A DNA stretch of 64,000 bases from Clostridiaceae bacterium (GCA_012840075.1 DUMC01000178.1:95326-159325), one strand, 5' to 3'; counted from the stretch's first letter, positions 9,897 through 19,966 are shown. Notes: generated by a model not told the origin, from the letters alone. Program-made: numbers and translations.

Positions 9897-10349
9897 ATGA
9901 AATTTGAATTTCGGCTCAGACCTATACTTAACGTTAAAACGCAAAAAGAAGATATTTTGAAAATCGAAATGGCGAAGGCTCTTAGTATATTAAACAAAGA
10001 AACCAAAAAGCTGGAGCTAATGATTTCCGAATTAAGAAGCTATATGGTTGAATACAAAATGCTTTTGAAAAACGTATGTACAGCAAATGAGATTAGTAGT
10101 TATAACGCTTATTTTTTCAAGCAAAAAGAAAAGATAGAAACTCAACGGGAAATCGTAAATAAAGCGAAAGAAAATGCCGATAAAATACGAGAAGAGTTAA
10201 TATCAGTGTCCAAGGAAAAGAAAATGCTGGAAAAGCTGGAAGAAAAAAAGAAAGAAGTTTTTAATAAAATGCTTCTTAGGAAAGAGCAAAAAATGGTTGA
10301 TGAAATTGTCAGTTATAGACAAAATGTAGAACTTGTGGAGGTTAAGTAA
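9897..10349 (+). CDS. fliJ: flagellar export chaperone-like protein FliJ
   Basis: 150 aa, all-helical K/E-rich coiled coil, immediately after fliI. Confidence 0.75.
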   Translation: MKFEFRLRPILNVKTQKEDILKIEMAKALSILNKETKKLELMISELRSYMVEYKMLLKNVCTANEISSYNAYFFKQKEKIETQREIVNKAKENADKIREELISVSKEKKMLEKLEEKKKEVFNKMLLRKEQKMVDEIVSYRQNVELVEVK

Positions 10350-11110
10350 TGAAAAAAGTTAATGTAGGTAATATAATTTTTACTCTTTCAGCGCTTCTTA
10401 CAGCATTGGCAATTATGGTCGGAATATTTGCAGGAGTTTATTACTTTATCATAAATAACAATATATACGGTCTTAGAGATAAATACGAAGAGGAAATAGC
10501 TAAAAGACCTTTATTAAGGTGGGCTTTACCGGAACCTGAAGATCCTGATGATCCCAAATACCTGACTGATAGGGAGCTTAGAGAAAGGTACATACAAATT
10601 AAGGAAGAAAGAGACAGGTTGATCAAGGAACTAGAACAAGCTAACCTGGAAATAAGTAATTTGCAAATATATAAAAATGAATATGAGAAGCTGTTGAAGG
10701 ATATTGAAGAAGAAAGACTGCAATTGGAAGAACAAATGAGTTTAGTAATACAAGACAGGGAAGAAATACAAAAGATTGCAGCAAAAAATGACCCCCAAGG
10801 CTTTAAAAAATATTACGAATCAATAGATGCTGAAAAAGCAGCAGAAATCTACAGAGAAATCATGGAAGAAGAGAAAGACCGGAAACAAAAGAGAGATATC
10901 ATACAAATATACGAGAACATGGATGAATCTGCTGCTGCCAATATATTTAATGAAATGGGGGAAGACAACATACATATAATAGTCGGGTTGTTATCTAACA
11001 TGAAAAAGGATAATGCATCTGATATTTTAGCAGAAATGGATCCTTCTCTTGCATCCAAAATAACTGAAGAATTAGTTAAGAATTTTGGTTGGAAAAGCTC
11101 AGTAGAATAA
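10349..11110 (+). CDS. flagellar operon membrane protein, YlxF/MotE-like (MgtE-N-like helical domain)
   Basis: 253 aa. N-terminal TM, central coiled coil, C-terminal ESAAANIFNEM...ASDILAEMDPSLASKI repeat. Occupies the ylxF position of the B. subtilis operon. Confidence 0.7.
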   Translation: MKKVNVGNIIFTLSALLTALAIMVGIFAGVYYFIINNNIYGLRDKYEEEIAKRPLLRWALPEPEDPDDPKYLTDRELRERYIQIKEERDRLIKELEQANLEISNLQIYKNEYEKLLKDIEEERLQLEEQMSLVIQDREEIQKIAAKNDPQGFKKYYESIDAEKAAEIYREIMEEEKDRKQKRDIIQIYENMDESAAANIFNEMGEDNIHIIVGLLSNMKKDNASDILAEMDPSLASKITEELVKNFGWKSSVE

Positions 11111-11191
11111 AAAGCATACAACTAAATATAAGCAACTTATAAATTTAAAGATAATCTACAAATATAAAAGATGCGGAAAGGAGGTGAAAAA

Positions 11192-12745
11192 ATGATTGCG
11201 GTAAATTTGTCGGGAATAATTGAACAAAAAGGCAAAATCTCCGGCTTTGAGTTATTTGGTTTTAATAAAGCATCAACATTGCTTTTCAGCGAAATTTTAG
11301 AACAACAGATAGGAAAGCAACAGAATGCGGGATACGGAAATAAAATCGTAACTCAAAGCAAAAAAGAATATTATATTGAAAAAATATGTAGAAAGCAAAG
11401 GAAGAAAGATTTAGACAACAATGAGAATAATACTTTGAATCCTACTACTTATCAATGCGCTACTTTTGAGAAGAATAACGGCGTTAATGACATTGATAAT
11501 GTTGACAGACCTGAGAAAACCGAATTAGAAAAAATCGATTTTAAAGATGATGAAAGGCAGCATCAGGTCAGAATATCAGTCCCTCAGGTCAAAAACGGCA
11601 GAAAGCTCGAGGTAACCATTGAAGAGGTGAAAAAATTTCTAGAATTTCTTCAAGATAGTAATTTGCTTTCAAAAGATGTATTTACTGATGTTAAAAGTGT
11701 TACTGCAGAAGATATGCTTGGTGGATTTGAGTCTATTGAACCTATAAATACGGATGATATAAAGTTGCTCTTGGAAAGGCTTTTGGAAGGTATTGCACTC
11801 CAGGAAGAAGGTATCGAAAAATTGAAAGACATAATCAATACATCTTTGAACCAGATAACGCTGCCGGAAGTTGAAGCAGTTTATGACAATTTCATACCAT
11901 CCCAAGAGAATAAAAATAATAGCAATTCTTTAGATTACAACTTAATGATTACCGAAGAGTTGCAAGAAGCCTATGAAAGTAGCGAGCTAAGTGAAAAAAC
12001 AGTTATTAAGCTTTCAAGTATTAATCAAACGGGATTGGTAAAGCAAAATAAAAATCAAAAAACAGAAGATTCAAACCCAAGCATAATTCCGGAAAATGAA
12101 GGAGATTTGTCACTTGGGATGCCTGCTTTGGAAAATCAGACAATAGTTAATCTTCATAATCCTTCATACGAAGGATTTGAGGTATTTTATGATAGGTACG
12201 GTAATGCTTTTTACAATACCTTCCATGAAAGTAATACTGCATTAGCCGAACAGGACGTTAAAATAAAAACGGATATTTTTGCCGGTAATATTACAAAAGA
12301 AGATGTTATTTTGCAGGTTGTTGAAAAAGCAAAAACATATGTAGCCGGAGAAAAGTCAGAGATGCTGATTGAATTGAAACCGGAAATATTAGGAAAAGTT
12401 ACGTTAAGAGTGTTAACTGAAAACGATATGGTAAAAGCTGAGTTTTATGCTGAAAATATCCATGTCAAAGAAATCCTGGAATCCAACCTTCAAATGTTGA
12501 AAGATGCTTTGACAAAAAGCGGATATACTGTACAAGAATTTAGTGTTACCGTACAAGATCAAAGGGCAGGCAGTAGCTTTTCATTTAACGGTAATAACAG
12601 GAATAATTGGAGTCCAAAAAACGGAAGCAAGGTTATTGATAATGTATCAGCAGTATCAATATCCGACAATTACCGGTTAGAAGAAGAGGATATTGCATTT
12701 GGTTACTTCGGTTTAACAGGAAACAAACTAAACTTAATGGCATGA
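11192..12745 (+). CDS. fliK: flagellar hook-length control protein FliK
   Basis: The ORF opens at 11171. ATG 11192 follows SD AAAGGAGGTG. C-terminal Flg_hook-type domain (LIELKPEILGKVTLRVLTENDMVKAEFYAEN). Confidence 0.8.
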   Translation: MIAVNLSGIIEQKGKISGFELFGFNKASTLLFSEILEQQIGKQQNAGYGNKIVTQSKKEYYIEKICRKQRKKDLDNNENNTLNPTTYQCATFEKNNGVNDIDNVDRPEKTELEKIDFKDDERQHQVRISVPQVKNGRKLEVTIEEVKKFLEFLQDSNLLSKDVFTDVKSVTAEDMLGGFESIEPINTDDIKLLLERLLEGIALQEEGIEKLKDIINTSLNQITLPEVEAVYDNFIPSQENKNNSNSLDYNLMITEELQEAYESSELSEKTVIKLSSINQTGLVKQNKNQKTEDSNPSIIPENEGDLSLGMPALENQTIVNLHNPSYEGFEVFYDRYGNAFYNTFHESNTALAEQDVKIKTDIFAGNITKEDVILQVVEKAKTYVAGEKSEMLIELKPEILGKVTLRVLTENDMVKAEFYAENIHVKEILESNLQMLKDALTKSGYTVQEFSVTVQDQRAGSSFSFNGNNRNNWSPKNGSKVIDNVSAVSISDNYRLEEEDIAFGYFGLTGNKLNLMA

Positions 12746-12770
12746 TGAGGAAGGAGAGTGATGTATATAA

Positions 12771-13226
12771 ATGAATACACAAGCAGTTTACGGCAGTACT
12801 ACGAGTTATGTACAAGGAAATGCTGATACTACCAGGAGCAGAAAACCCGGAGATCTCGGAAAGGATGATTTTCTTAATTTGCTGGTAACACAGCTTAAAT
12901 ATCAAGACCCTTTGAACCCTATGGAAGATAAAGAATTTGTAGCACAACTAGCGCAATTCACCGCACTTGAACAGATGTATAACCTGAATGGCTCATTGTC
13001 TGCTGTCAAAGCCTTTTCTCTTATCGGCAAACACATTACAGCTGAATTTATTGATGATACGACAAAAGAATTAAAGGTGGTACAAGGTGTTGTTCAAAGC
13101 GTCAAAGTAAGTTCAGGAGAGATTTATGCTGTTGTTGATGAAGTTGATGTTCCTGTTGATAAGGTAATCGAGGTTAAAGATGTTAAAGTAATTGACGCAG
13201 TTGAAGAAAGTGAAGTGAGCTTATGA
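12771..13226 (+). CDS. flgD: flagellar hook capping/assembly protein FlgD
   Basis: 151 aa. FlgD motif DDFLNLLVTQLKYQDPLNPM. Confidence 0.93.
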   Translation: MNTQAVYGSTTSYVQGNADTTRSRKPGDLGKDDFLNLLVTQLKYQDPLNPMEDKEFVAQLAQFTALEQMYNLNGSLSAVKAFSLIGKHITAEFIDDTTKELKVVQGVVQSVKVSSGEIYAVVDEVDVPVDKVIEVKDVKVIDAVEESEVSL

Positions 13227-13660
13227 TATATGGATGGAATTATTTGAACAGGAATTTCTTAAATAATAACGTAAGCCAGATTTCCGGGCAGATTAGCAGA
13301 AAAATAAGTGAGAAAAGTTCTTTAAATACCGGAAGCTCCTGTAATATTTCTAATAATGAAAAATTAAACTTTAACAATATTCTTAACGATCAGATAAGCA
13401 GATTAACAGGTTTGAAGTTTTCAAAGCATGCGGAGATGAGGCTTCGTACCAGGAATATCAATCTATCAGGTACACAGCTTGAAAGGATTAGTCAAGCTGT
13501 AACAAAAGCAGAAGGAAAAGGAGTTAAAGATTCACTTATAATTGTGGATGACATTGCGCTGGTAGTAAGTGTTAAAAATAAAACCGTAGTTACGGTTACG
13601 GATAAGACCGAACTAAAAAATAATATTTTTACAAATATTGACGGAGCTGTAATAATATAA
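13223..13660 (+). CDS. flagellar operon protein (TIGR02530-like, between flgD and flgE)
   Basis: 145 aa. 4-nt overlap with the flgD stop. KFSKHAEMRLRTRNINLS...LIIVDDIALVVSVKNKTVVTV resembles the small conserved Firmicute flagellar operon protein. Confidence 0.65.
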   Translation: MIYGWNYLNRNFLNNNVSQISGQISRKISEKSSLNTGSSCNISNNEKLNFNNILNDQISRLTGLKFSKHAEMRLRTRNINLSGTQLERISQAVTKAEGKGVKDSLIIVDDIALVVSVKNKTVVTVTDKTELKNNIFTNIDGAVII

Positions 13661-13739
13661 AATTTAAGGCCGGACCCTTATAGGGAGGCTGCCTATTCCG
13701 GAACGACGGAAGGAATAGATTTAAAGGAGGCAGATTATT

Positions 13740-15071
13740 ATGATGAGTTCTTTGTATTCCAGTGTTTCTGGTTTAAGAGCACATCAAACCAAAATGGATG
13801 TAATTGGTAACAATATTGCAAATGTAAATACCGTGGGTTTTAGATCAAGTAGAGTTACATTTCAGGAAATATTTAGCCAAACTTTAAGGGCAGCAACTGC
13901 ACCTGATCCGGTTACCGGCAGAGGAGGAAGCAATCCCATGCAGGTAGGATTGGGTATAAATGTGGGATCTATAGATACCAATACTAACAGAGGAAGCTTA
14001 CAAAGGACAGATAATATAACAGATCTTGCTATTAACGGTAATGGTTTCTTCATCGTCAAAGGCTCAAATGCTGATGAATTCAGGTTTACAAGAGCAGGAA
14101 ATTTCCATGTGGATGAAATGGGAAATCTTGTTACATCTGATGGCATGTTAGTTTATGGTTGGTTGGATTACGGCGGAAGAATGCAGGATGACGGGACATT
14201 TGTATTTGATGTTAATAAGCCTGTAGAGCCTATAAATATTTATTACGACAGTTATAATAACAATAAAAAGGTAACTGCTGCAAAGGCAACAGAAAACATA
14301 TCGTTGTCAGGGAATTTAAATGCAGCAAGTGAAGTTATCGATACCGATGATGATCCTCAATTAATAGTTCCCATGCTGGTTTATGATTCCCTTGGAAATG
14401 AGTATGAAATAACAATGGAATTTAGAAAAACTCAGGTTTCAGGAACACCGCCTGTTACAACGTGGACATGGAATATTAACGGAGGAAGCCTTGCAACAAC
14501 TGCTACCGGAACTATAAGGTTCGATGCTGAAGGCAAAATAATTTATGACCCCGATAACCCAGATCCCGAAGTAACACCTAGTGTTACATTTCAACCAGGT
14601 GATACCGTAGGTTCCGCAAGCTTTCAGGTGACATTTGATTTAAGAAAACTTACAATGTATTCAGGTATTGGCAATTCCGTCAAGCCCATAAGCAACGACG
14701 GATATCCGTCGGGCGTTCTTTTGTCATACAGCATCGGCTCTGACGGTATGATAATAGGGGTTTATTCAAACGGTAAACAAATGCCGCTAGGTTTGATAGC
14801 ATTAGCTGAATTTGACAATCCGGCAGGTCTTGCGAGAGGAGGAAGTAATACTTTCGTTCAAACTACTAACTCGGGAATTTTTATAAATGGAGTAAAAGCC
14901 GGCACAGGCAGTGCAGGTACCATACTTTCAGGAACCCTTGAAATGTCAAATGTTGACCTTGCAAATCAGTTTACTGAGATGATAGTAACTCAAAGAGGGT
15001 TCCAGGCAAACAGCAGGATTTTGACAACAATAGACGAAATGCTACAGGAAGTAACTAATATAAAAAGGTAA
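13740..15071 (+). CDS. flgE: flagellar hook protein FlgE
   Basis: 443 aa. N-terminal SGLRAHQTKMDVIGNNIANVNTVGF and C-terminal LEMSNVDLANQFTEMIVTQRGFQANSR motifs. Confidence 0.94.
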   Translation: MMSSLYSSVSGLRAHQTKMDVIGNNIANVNTVGFRSSRVTFQEIFSQTLRAATAPDPVTGRGGSNPMQVGLGINVGSIDTNTNRGSLQRTDNITDLAINGNGFFIVKGSNADEFRFTRAGNFHVDEMGNLVTSDGMLVYGWLDYGGRMQDDGTFVFDVNKPVEPINIYYDSYNNNKKVTAAKATENISLSGNLNAASEVIDTDDDPQLIVPMLVYDSLGNEYEITMEFRKTQVSGTPPVTTWTWNINGGSLATTATGTIRFDAEGKIIYDPDNPDPEVTPSVTFQPGDTVGSASFQVTFDLRKLTMYSGIGNSVKPISNDGYPSGVLLSYSIGSDGMIIGVYSNGKQMPLGLIALAEFDNPAGLARGGSNTFVQTTNSGIFINGVKAGTGSAGTILSGTLEMSNVDLANQFTEMIVTQRGFQANSRILTTIDEMLQEVTNIKR

Positions 15072-15099
15072 ACCTTTAGAAACTCCATAAAATGTTATT

Positions 15100-15161
15100 A
15101 AGGGACACTCACTTACTGTAGCATATAAAGCAAATGTATTTAATTGGCAAGAGTGTCCCTT
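15100..15161 (+). promoter_or_regulatory. long intercistronic stem-loop after flgE (no U-tract)
   Basis: Stem AAGGGACACTC (15100-15110) pairs perfectly with GAGTGTCCCTT (15151-15161), with a 40-nt loop. It lies about 15 nt before the flbD SD. Confidence 0.5.
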
Positions 15162-15183
15162 ATAATAGGAAAGGAAGGCAGCA

Positions 15184-15387
15184 ATGATTGAATTAACAAG
15201 ACTTGATGATTCCATTTTTGTTATAAATTGTGAATTAATAGAAACAATAGAAGAAACACCTGATACTGTTATCTCAACCACAAGCGGTAAAAGATACATA
15301 GTAAAGGAAAGTATTGATGAAATCATAGAAATGGTTATAAAATATAAAAGAAAAATTTTTAGCGGAATATGTAAAGAACAAATATAA
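15184..15387 (+). CDS. flbD: flagellar protein FlbD
   Basis: 67 aa. MIELTRLDDSIFVINCELIETIEETPDTVI...GKRYIVKES is the canonical FlbD/SwrD sequence pattern. Confidence 0.85.
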   Translation: MIELTRLDDSIFVINCELIETIEETPDTVISTTSGKRYIVKESIDEIIEMVIKYKRKIFSGICKEQI

Positions 15388-15433
15388 TTTGTAGAATAAA
15401 AAAGATTTAATATAATAGTGGGGGGCATTAAAT

Positions 15434-15952
15434 TTGGCTAATAAAAGCAGTTTTATTGCATTGATTGTTATAATCGCTATTTTAACTGTTTCTGTTGCCG
15501 TATTAGTAGGGTATATATTTGTAGTTGGGGGTGCACAGCAGACTTATATAACATCTGAAAACTCCAGGAACTCAGCAAATCTTACAACGCGCCCTCCTGA
15601 TGAAAAGTTGGGAACTAAAAAACTTTACGATGAATCACAATACTTCGTTTTAAAAAGTACAGAAACCTCAAGATTGTCATTTATTAGAGTTGCAATAGAT
15701 ATTAGGTTTTATAAAAAAGTTAAAGGTATAAAAAATTGCGAAGAAAAAATCAACAATTTTGAAAGTGAAATAAAAGAGCTTATTGGTACATATTTTCAAA
15801 ATGTTACATTAGATGAAGTAAAAGATATCGAATTTAAGTCAAAAACCAAGGAAGAACTGAAAACTCAAATAAATGATTTGTTAAATTCAAGCGAATCAAC
15901 TTATAGTGAAATCGTTTATGATGTAGTGTTTTATGATTGGTTTTATCAATAA
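15434..15952 (+). CDS. fliL: flagellar basal body-associated protein FliL
   Basis: 172 aa, TTG start, single N-terminal TM. Position before fliM. Confidence 0.82.
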   Translation: MANKSSFIALIVIIAILTVSVAVLVGYIFVVGGAQQTYITSENSRNSANLTTRPPDEKLGTKKLYDESQYFVLKSTETSRLSFIRVAIDIRFYKKVKGIKNCEEKINNFESEIKELIGTYFQNVTLDEVKDIEFKSKTKEELKTQINDLLNSSESTYSEIVYDVVFYDWFYQ

Positions 15953-15970
15953 GCTGGGGAGGTGAGAAGT

Positions 15971-16954
15971 TTGGGAGAAATTTTAACACAAAGTGAGATA
16001 GACGAATTGCTGCGGGCATTGAACACCGGTGAACTTGATGTAAAAGAAATAAAAGAAGCGACTGAGGAAAGGAAAATAGTAAAATATGACTTCAGCAGAC
16101 CCAGCAAGTTTTCAAAAGATCACCTGAGAGCTCTAAAAAACATATATGAAAATTATGCAAGGCTGATAACCAATTTTTTAACAGGTTATTTAAGAGCATT
16201 AGTACAGATGGATGTAGTTGAAGTCCAAGCTTTAACCTATTATGATTTCATAGGATCAATTTCTAACCCTGTAGTATTGCCAATAGTTAAGTTTGCTCCG
16301 TTAGAAGGCAGCATTGTTTTGGAAATGACTCCCAAAATTGCTTTTACTTTTATTGACAGGGTTTTAGGCGGACGTTTTAATACTGTCGAAGAACAAAGGG
16401 ATTTTACGGAAATTGAACTTGCTATAATTGAAAGAATAATTATTCAAATGTTAAATATTATGAAAGAACCTTGGAATGATATTATCCAGTTAAGGCCTGT
16501 ACTGGAAAAAATAGAAACCAATACCCAATTTGCACAGATAATTTCACCAAATGAAATAGTAGCATTGGTAACTTTTGATGTAAGAGTTTCCGATGTACAG
16601 GGTATGTTTAACATATGCATACCGTATATAACTGTTGAACCAATAATATCAAAATTGAACACCAGGTACTGGTTTGCAAGCATAAAAAAGCAGCCTGATG
16701 AGTATGCCCAAAAATTGATACAAGCTAAAATATCAAAAACTAAAGCACCTGTTAGGGCAATTCTGGGCAATACAAAGATAACGGTTTCAGATTTGTTGGA
16801 ACTGCAAGTTGGGGATGTATTACCTCTGAATAAGAGCATTAATGAAGAAATCGACGTTTTTGTAGCTGATTTACATAAATTCAAGGCTAAACCCGGAGTT
16901 AGGAAAAACAGGCTTGCAATAAAAATTACATCATTGGTCGGAGAGGAGGATTAA
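15971..16954 (+). CDS. fliM: flagellar motor switch protein FliM
   Basis: The ORF opens at GTG 15962. TTG 15971 is 8 nt after SD GGGGAGG. N-terminal CheY-P binding type motif LTQSEIDELL. Confidence 0.94.
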   Translation: MGEILTQSEIDELLRALNTGELDVKEIKEATEERKIVKYDFSRPSKFSKDHLRALKNIYENYARLITNFLTGYLRALVQMDVVEVQALTYYDFIGSISNPVVLPIVKFAPLEGSIVLEMTPKIAFTFIDRVLGGRFNTVEEQRDFTEIELAIIERIIIQMLNIMKEPWNDIIQLRPVLEKIETNTQFAQIISPNEIVALVTFDVRVSDVQGMFNICIPYITVEPIISKLNTRYWFASIKKQPDEYAQKLIQAKISKTKAPVRAILGNTKITVSDLLELQVGDVLPLNKSINEEIDVFVADLHKFKAKPGVRKNRLAIKITSLVGEED

Positions 16955-16958
16955 TTAA

Positions 16959-18131
16959 ATGGAAAATTCTCTGTCGCAAGCTGAAATTGATGCTTTACTA
17001 AAAGGGATATCTACATCTGATATAGATAAAAATTTAAAACAAGAAAAAGAAGAAGAGTTGAGTCCGGAAGAAATAGATGCAATAGGTGAGATTGGAAATA
17101 TATCTATAGGAACTTCCGCAACAACTTTATTCGCATTGCTAAATCAGAAAGTTCTTATTACTACACCTAAAGTAAGAGTTACTAATTGGGAACAACTTTC
17201 AAAAGAACATACCCTTCCGTATGTAGCTGTTACGGTAAGATATACCAGCGGTTTGGAAGGTGCTAACCTTTTAATATTAAAGGAAGATGATGTTAAAATC
17301 ATTACAGATTTGATGATGGGTGGGAAAGGAGAGGTTCAGGAAGGTGAACTTACAGAATTACATTTAAGTGCAATAAGCGAAGCAATGAACCAGATGATTG
17401 GTTCCGCAGCTACATCATTGTCCCAAATGTTTAGCAAAAGAATTAATATATCTCCACCCACGGCTTTTATTATAAGATTTAGTAATCAGCAAGTTTACGA
17501 AGATTTTGGAGATGAGCCTATTGTTAAAATTTCATTTAGAATGATAGTGGGAAATTTATTAGATAGTGAAATGATGCAATTAATGCCCCTATCTTTTGCA
17601 AAAAGTCTGCTGCAAAGCCTTTTTGCAAATAGTAAGAGTTTAATGATGGGAAAACAACCTGCAGAAGTTACAAAAAGTGAAGAAACGAAATACGAAGAAG
17701 ATCGGAAGGATAACGGCAGTCATTCTTCAATAGGAAATATTAATATTGATATGTCAAAGGGAGAATATGGTGAACACATAGATCATCGTCAAGAAAAAGG
17801 ACAAAACGAAACAATAAAAGTGCAACCTGTAAAGTTTAAACCTTTTGAAGAAGAGAACAATTTGCCGAGTGATAATCATAGTATCGAAAACATTGATTTG
17901 GTAATGGATATTCCGTTAGTAGTAACTGTTGAGCTTGGAAGGACTCAAAAGCTTATAAGAGAAATATTGAGTTTTAATAACGGAACTGTAATTGAGTTGG
18001 ACAAGTTGGCAGGAGATCCTGTTGATATATATGTTAATGAAAAGAAAATAGCAAAAGGTGAAGTGGTTGTAATTGATGATAGTTTTGGTGTGAGAATTAC
18101 GGATATTGTAAATCCTTCAAAGAGGATTTAG
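16959..18131 (+). CDS. fliY: flagellar motor switch phosphatase FliY (CheC-like domain + FliN domain)
   Basis: 390 aa. CheC-type motifs GEIGNISIGTSATTL and AISEAMNQMIGSAATSL. C-terminal FliN/SpoA domain VTVELGRTQKLIREIL...GVRITDIV. Confidence 0.9.
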   Translation: MENSLSQAEIDALLKGISTSDIDKNLKQEKEEELSPEEIDAIGEIGNISIGTSATTLFALLNQKVLITTPKVRVTNWEQLSKEHTLPYVAVTVRYTSGLEGANLLILKEDDVKIITDLMMGGKGEVQEGELTELHLSAISEAMNQMIGSAATSLSQMFSKRINISPPTAFIIRFSNQQVYEDFGDEPIVKISFRMIVGNLLDSEMMQLMPLSFAKSLLQSLFANSKSLMMGKQPAEVTKSEETKYEEDRKDNGSHSSIGNINIDMSKGEYGEHIDHRQEKGQNETIKVQPVKFKPFEEENNLPSDNHSIENIDLVMDIPLVVTVELGRTQKLIREILSFNNGTVIELDKLAGDPVDIYVNEKKIAKGEVVVIDDSFGVRITDIVNPSKRI

Positions 18132-18199
18132 ATTAAAATACTACTAATTTTATTGTTTAAGAATACAATACAATGTTATACAGATGAGGAGGATTTAAC

Positions 18200-18562
18200 A
18201 TGGCTATAAACATTTTAATAGTAGATGATGCAGCTTTTATGAGAATGATGATAAAAGATATTCTTGTAAGAAACGGTTACAATGTAATAGGTGAAGCTGA
18301 AAACGGTAAGAAAGCCATTGAAAAATACAAGGAACTAAATCCCGATCTGGTAATAATGGATATCACTATGCCTGAAATGGATGGCATACAAGCAGTCAAA
18401 GAAATAAAAAAGATAGATCCAAAAGCTACAATTATAATGTGTTCAGCCATGGGACAGCAAGCAATGGTTATAGAATCAATCCAGGCAGGAGCCAAAGATT
18501 TTATTGTAAAGCCTTTCCAAGCTGACAGAGTTATAGATGCTATTAGAAGAGTTGCCGGCTAG
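18200..18562 (+). CDS. cheY: chemotaxis response regulator CheY
   Basis: 120 aa stand-alone receiver. VDDAAFMR, phospho-acceptor context DLVIMDITMPEMDG, KPF. Confidence 0.95.
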   Translation: MAINILIVDDAAFMRMMIKDILVRNGYNVIGEAENGKKAIEKYKELNPDLVIMDITMPEMDGIQAVKEIKKIDPKATIIMCSAMGQQAMVIESIQAGAKDFIVKPFQADRVIDAIRRVAG

Positions 18563-18620
18563 AGAGTGATTATGCTTTTATAAAATCAGCGGGAAAGCAA
18601 AAGCTTAATGGGGAGTTTGT

Positions 18621-19043
18621 ATGCTTGAAAAGTTTTTTTATATAATAGGTTTGCTACTGATAATAATTTTTGTTTTTTACTTAACTTATGTAACTACCCG
18701 GTTTATAGGAAGCAAGGCAGGAATTACAAAGATTAATACCAAGAAAAAGCATCTGAAAATTATTGAAACAATGTGCTTAGGAAGGGATAAATACTTGTAT
18801 TTAATAAAAGCAGGTAATAAATATATACTGTTATCCTCTTCGAACAAAGGAATAGAAACAATAAGTGATATTGAAATTGAAGAGGATGCGGAACAAAGAA
18901 ATGAAGCAGATTATGTGGAAAGGATTCATGCACCGGCAACTTTTAAAGAAGTTATCAACTATTATTTAAGTAAAACCTTTTACATGGATGACAGAAAAGA
19001 AATAAACAAAGAAAAAACAGGCCGTGTTGAAAATGAAAAGTGA
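18621..19043 (+). CDS. fliO: flagellar biosynthesis protein FliO/FliZ
   Basis: 140 aa. Single N-terminal TM, then LKIIETMCLGRDKYLYLIKAGNKYILLSSS. Precedes fliP. Confidence 0.7.
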   Translation: MLEKFFYIIGLLLIIIFVFYLTYVTTRFIGSKAGITKINTKKKHLKIIETMCLGRDKYLYLIKAGNKYILLSSSNKGIETISDIEIEEDAEQRNEADYVERIHAPATFKEVINYYLSKTFYMDDRKEINKEKTGRVENEK

Positions 19044-19092
19044 AGTTATGAAACTAATGAAAAAAGAAAATATAAAGAAACAAGATACAATA

Positions 19093-19872
19093 ATGAATAA
19101 AAAACAAATAAAAAGAAAAATATTTTTTTGGGTAATAGTGGTAACAGTTGCTCTTTTGCCTGCTTTAAATGTTTTTGCAGAGCCGCTTTTTCCTTTTGAT
19201 TTTCTATTCGACTTAAATAATGAATCATCTGAAACACAGCAGTTTTCTACCACTATACAAATATTAATTTTAATAACCATACTTTCCTTGGCGCCGGCAA
19301 TAATAATCATGATGACTTCTTTTACCAGGGTAGTTATAGTACTTTCATTCTTGAGAAATGCTTTAGGTACGCAACAAATGCCTCCAAACCAGGTAATAAT
19401 CGGAATCGCCTTATTTCTTACAATATTTATTATGCAGCCTGTGTATAAAGAAATAAACGAAAAGGCATTAGTACCTTTTGAGAATGAAAATATAAATCAA
19501 ACTGAAGCTCTTAACATATCAGGTGATATCATCAAAAAATTCATGCTTGAACAGATAAGAAGTGAAGATGACCTTGCGCTCTTTGTATCTTTGAGTGATA
19601 TACAAACTCCCGTAGATCCTGAAACTCTTCCCCTTACAATAGTAATTCCTGCTTTTTTACTTAATGAGTTAACGATAGCTTTTAAGATGGGATTTATGAT
19701 ATATATTCCATTCTTGATAATTGACATGATAGTATCGAGTACACTTATGTCCATGGGTATGATGATGCTTCCGCCTTCTTTAATATCATTACCGTTTAAG
19801 GTATTGTTATTTATCCTTGTAGGAGGATGGAACTTGGTAGTAGAGTCTATTTTAAGAAGTTTTGCAAGGTGA
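19093..19872 (+). CDS. fliP: flagellar export apparatus protein FliP
   Basis: The ORF opens at 19024, so the start is uncertain. ATG 19093 gives a signal-peptide-like N-terminus MNKKQIKRKIFFWVIVVTVALLPALNVFA. Conserved FTRVVIVLSFLRNALGTQQMPPNQV. Confidence 0.92.
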   Translation: MNKKQIKRKIFFWVIVVTVALLPALNVFAEPLFPFDFLFDLNNESSETQQFSTTIQILILITILSLAPAIIIMMTSFTRVVIVLSFLRNALGTQQMPPNQVIIGIALFLTIFIMQPVYKEINEKALVPFENENINQTEALNISGDIIKKFMLEQIRSEDDLALFVSLSDIQTPVDPETLPLTIVIPAFLLNELTIAFKMGFMIYIPFLIIDMIVSSTLMSMGMMMLPPSLISLPFKVLLFILVGGWNLVVESILRSFAR

Positions 19873-19875
19873 TTC

Positions 19876-19915
19876 AATGTACAAATTTAAACATTAATGT
19901 ACAAATTTAAACATT
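19876..19915. repeat. perfect 20-bp tandem duplication AATGTACAAATTTAAACATT x2 between fliP and fliQ
   Basis: Units at 19876-19895 and 19896-19915 are identical. Each unit has AATGT/ACATT inverted ends. Confidence 0.95.
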
Positions 19916-19966
19916 TTGATTATAACAAGAAAAATGTAATGAGTTAAAAAGAAAGGGGATTGATAA

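Noticed and set aside
19876-19915. CRISPR-like array (also considered for 36493-36575 and 55696-55750)
   Set aside because: There are only 2-3 contiguous units with no unique spacers between them. The units are 14-28 nt, and no cas genes lie in the window.
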